Below, in pieces: positions 26,000-27,279 of a stretch of DNA of 27,279 nucleotides. Position numbers and translations under genes: made by a program. A model generated the notes under the pieces. The model worked only from the letters and a program-made list of their open reading frames with translations. It was not told where the DNA came from and made no database searches. Positions within the stretch are counted from its first letter, which is position 1, and each line of letters starts with the position of its first letter. Where the stretch lies: positions 1 through 27,279 of the forward strand of contig JBHLRQ010000035.1 in the NCBI GenBank assembly GCA_048882385.1, written 5' to 3'. The stretch is from Candidatus Thorarchaeota archaeon. Its GTDB lineage: Archaea > Asgardarchaeota > Thorarchaeia > Thorarchaeales > Thorarchaeaceae.

Positions 26000-26851
26000 A
26001 TGAATACCGAAGTCCTTCAACGTGAGAATATCCGAGCACGAGATTTACTTGCAGGAGAATCAAGAGCTCTTGAGATGTATCAGTACCTTACTGGATCCCC
26101 CAAGGTTCAATCATATCTTCGATCTGCAAATCGGATGGCGGTTTCAAGATTAGGATATACTGACCATGGCGCTGTCCATGCCGAAGTTGCTTCTTGGAAC
26201 GCTCTGAAGGTATTTGACATTCTAGATGAAACATTTAGACCCAATGTCGTAGCAGAAGGAATTGGTGATACTGACGACGCACGTTTAGTGGTTCTTGCTT
26301 CGACATACCTACATGATATTGGCATGGTGGTTCACAGAAATGAGCATTATCAAGCATCAATCAACTTAGCGAGTCCGATTCTAGAGGATAAACTGATGGA
26401 CATCTACGATGATCCTGGAAAAGCCACTGACATACTCTCATTCATTCTTCATGGTATCTACGCTCACGATGATGATACGCAATGTCTTACACTTGAAGCT
26501 GGAATTACCAAACTTGGCGATGGCTGTGACATGACAAAAGGTCGTACAAAGGTTCCTTTTCAGAAAGGGAAGGTCGATATCCATTCTGTCAGTGCAATGG
26601 CAATCAACAATGTCATTCTTGAACCCGGTGACAACAAACCATTGAGAATAACTGTTGCCATGGATAATCCAGCAGGAGTGTTTCAGGTCCAAGCAGTTCT
26701 GGAAAAGAAAATCTCAACCTCTGGACTTCAAGACAATATCGACATCGATGTCCTTGTCAATGGAGACCGTCTTGTTCTCTCACATGTGAAGCGTCTTTTT
26801 AGAGTTCAAATGTCTAACAGTGGAGAAGGTCTTCCTCCAGAGGAAAAATAA
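26000..26851 (+). CDS. HD-domain metal-dependent phosphohydrolase
   Basis: DHGAVH, YLHDIG, AHD, GDGCDM.KGR, DIHSVSA, NPAGVFQV. Confidence 0.88.
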   Translation: MNTEVLQRENIRARDLLAGESRALEMYQYLTGSPKVQSYLRSANRMAVSRLGYTDHGAVHAEVASWNALKVFDILDETFRPNVVAEGIGDTDDARLVVLASTYLHDIGMVVHRNEHYQASINLASPILEDKLMDIYDDPGKATDILSFILHGIYAHDDDTQCLTLEAGITKLGDGCDMTKGRTKVPFQKGKVDIHSVSAMAINNVILEPGDNKPLRITVAMDNPAGVFQVQAVLEKKISTSGLQDNIDIDVLVNGDRLVLSHVKRLFRVQMSNSGEGLPPEEK

Positions 26852-26982
26852 GACATAGATGTAGAAATGGTTTGGATGCTTGTTTTCCACCTAGAATAAT
26901 CCAGGTGACCATACTCTGGTCTAAAGAAGAAAATATCTCGAAAATTCAAGTAGGCGAATATCAGTTCAAGTACTGAAGAATG

Positions 26983-27058
26983 TGGTAGCCCCGGGAGGAT
27001 TTGAACCTCCGTCAGCGAGGCCAAAACCCGCTATGCTGGGCCGCTACACCACGGGGCT
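26983..27058 (-). tRNA. tRNA-Gln (UUG), intronless, CCA encoded
   Basis: AGCCCCG/CGGGGCT acceptor stem with A1-U72 typical of archaeal tRNA-Gln; anticodon arm GCGGG-TTTTGGC-CTCGC; T arm GGAGG-TTCAAAT-CCTCC; ends ACCA. Confidence 0.96.
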
Positions 27059-27084
27059 AGTTTTTTTTTGGGTCCCATTCTGTT

Positions 27085-27279
27085 CTACGATGTAAGTCCA
27101 AAGGGTATTCCTCTTTCCTTGATCTCTGGAGATATTCTCTCCTTCCATCTTTCAAGAAAGGCAGATTCCTCTTTCCTCTGCTTTCCATCCATTCTGAGGT
27201 TATCAGGAAGCATACAGGCAATGCCTTCAATGACTGGATACCATCTTCCACATTTTGGACATGTTATTAGCGCTTCATC
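27085..27279 (-). CDS. Trm112-family methyltransferase activator, C-terminal part (gene starts beyond the window)
   Basis: Manual translation: DEALITCPKCGRWYPVIEGIACMLPDNLR...FLERWKERISPEIKERGIPFGLTS*, matching the Trm112 L.CP.C.R.YP...GIP.ML pattern. Not in the ORF track because the start is off-window. Confidence 0.8.
   Translation of the reverse strand, partial: DEALITCPKCGRWYPVIEGIACMLPDNLRMDGKQRKEESAFLERWKERISPEIKERGIPFGLTS

Noticed and set aside
26983-27000. tRNA 3' end as an integration site
   Set aside because: I saw no duplicated tRNA 3' fragment or integrase in the window, and the flanking genes are housekeeping.
25963-27079. Similar motifs AATGGGGACCAAAA (+) and AATGGGACCCAAAA (-) flanking the HD gene and tRNA as terminal inverted repeats
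   Set aside because: Short and imperfect, with no transposase, integrase or target-site duplication; likely chance.
27057-27251. 64-aa minus-strand ORF in the track
   Set aside because: Wrong frame; it overlaps the Trm112-like frame and the tRNA 5' end.

Overview
Gene-dense archaeal core-genome window with no mobile element or CRISPR. A ribophorin I-like gene and the overall gene content suggest an Asgard archaeon, possibly Thorarchaeia; this is an inference. Left to right: a PRC-barrel protein; deoC with an unusual C-terminal CxxC-x21-CxxC extension; a tungsten aldehyde:ferredoxin oxidoreductase; a Zn-ribbon/PUA/PP-loop/ferredoxin protein whose N-terminus the ORF track misses (probable CTG start); and a glycan-modification trio (CE4 deacetylase, membrane-fused hexapeptide acyltransferase, GT-C-like membrane protein). 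Next come ribL, a small wHTH gene, cdc48, ef1b, a Zn-finger gene, fen and an RPA2-like gene. These are followed by the aIF2beta-DUF424-NMD3-aIF1A-RIO1-Dim2-top6B-top6A cluster, interrupted by an antisense NifX-like gene. The window ends with aglH, a divergent 993-aa ribophorin I-like gene, an HD protein, tRNA-Gln(UUG) and the 3' part of a Trm112-family gene absent from the ORF track. The most notable item is the 993-aa protein: a DOMON-like domain with an FKBP-type domain inserted in it, an Ig-like domain, a ribophorin I-like region, a TM helix and a coiled tail. All family calls come from motif recognition by eye; no database searches were run.
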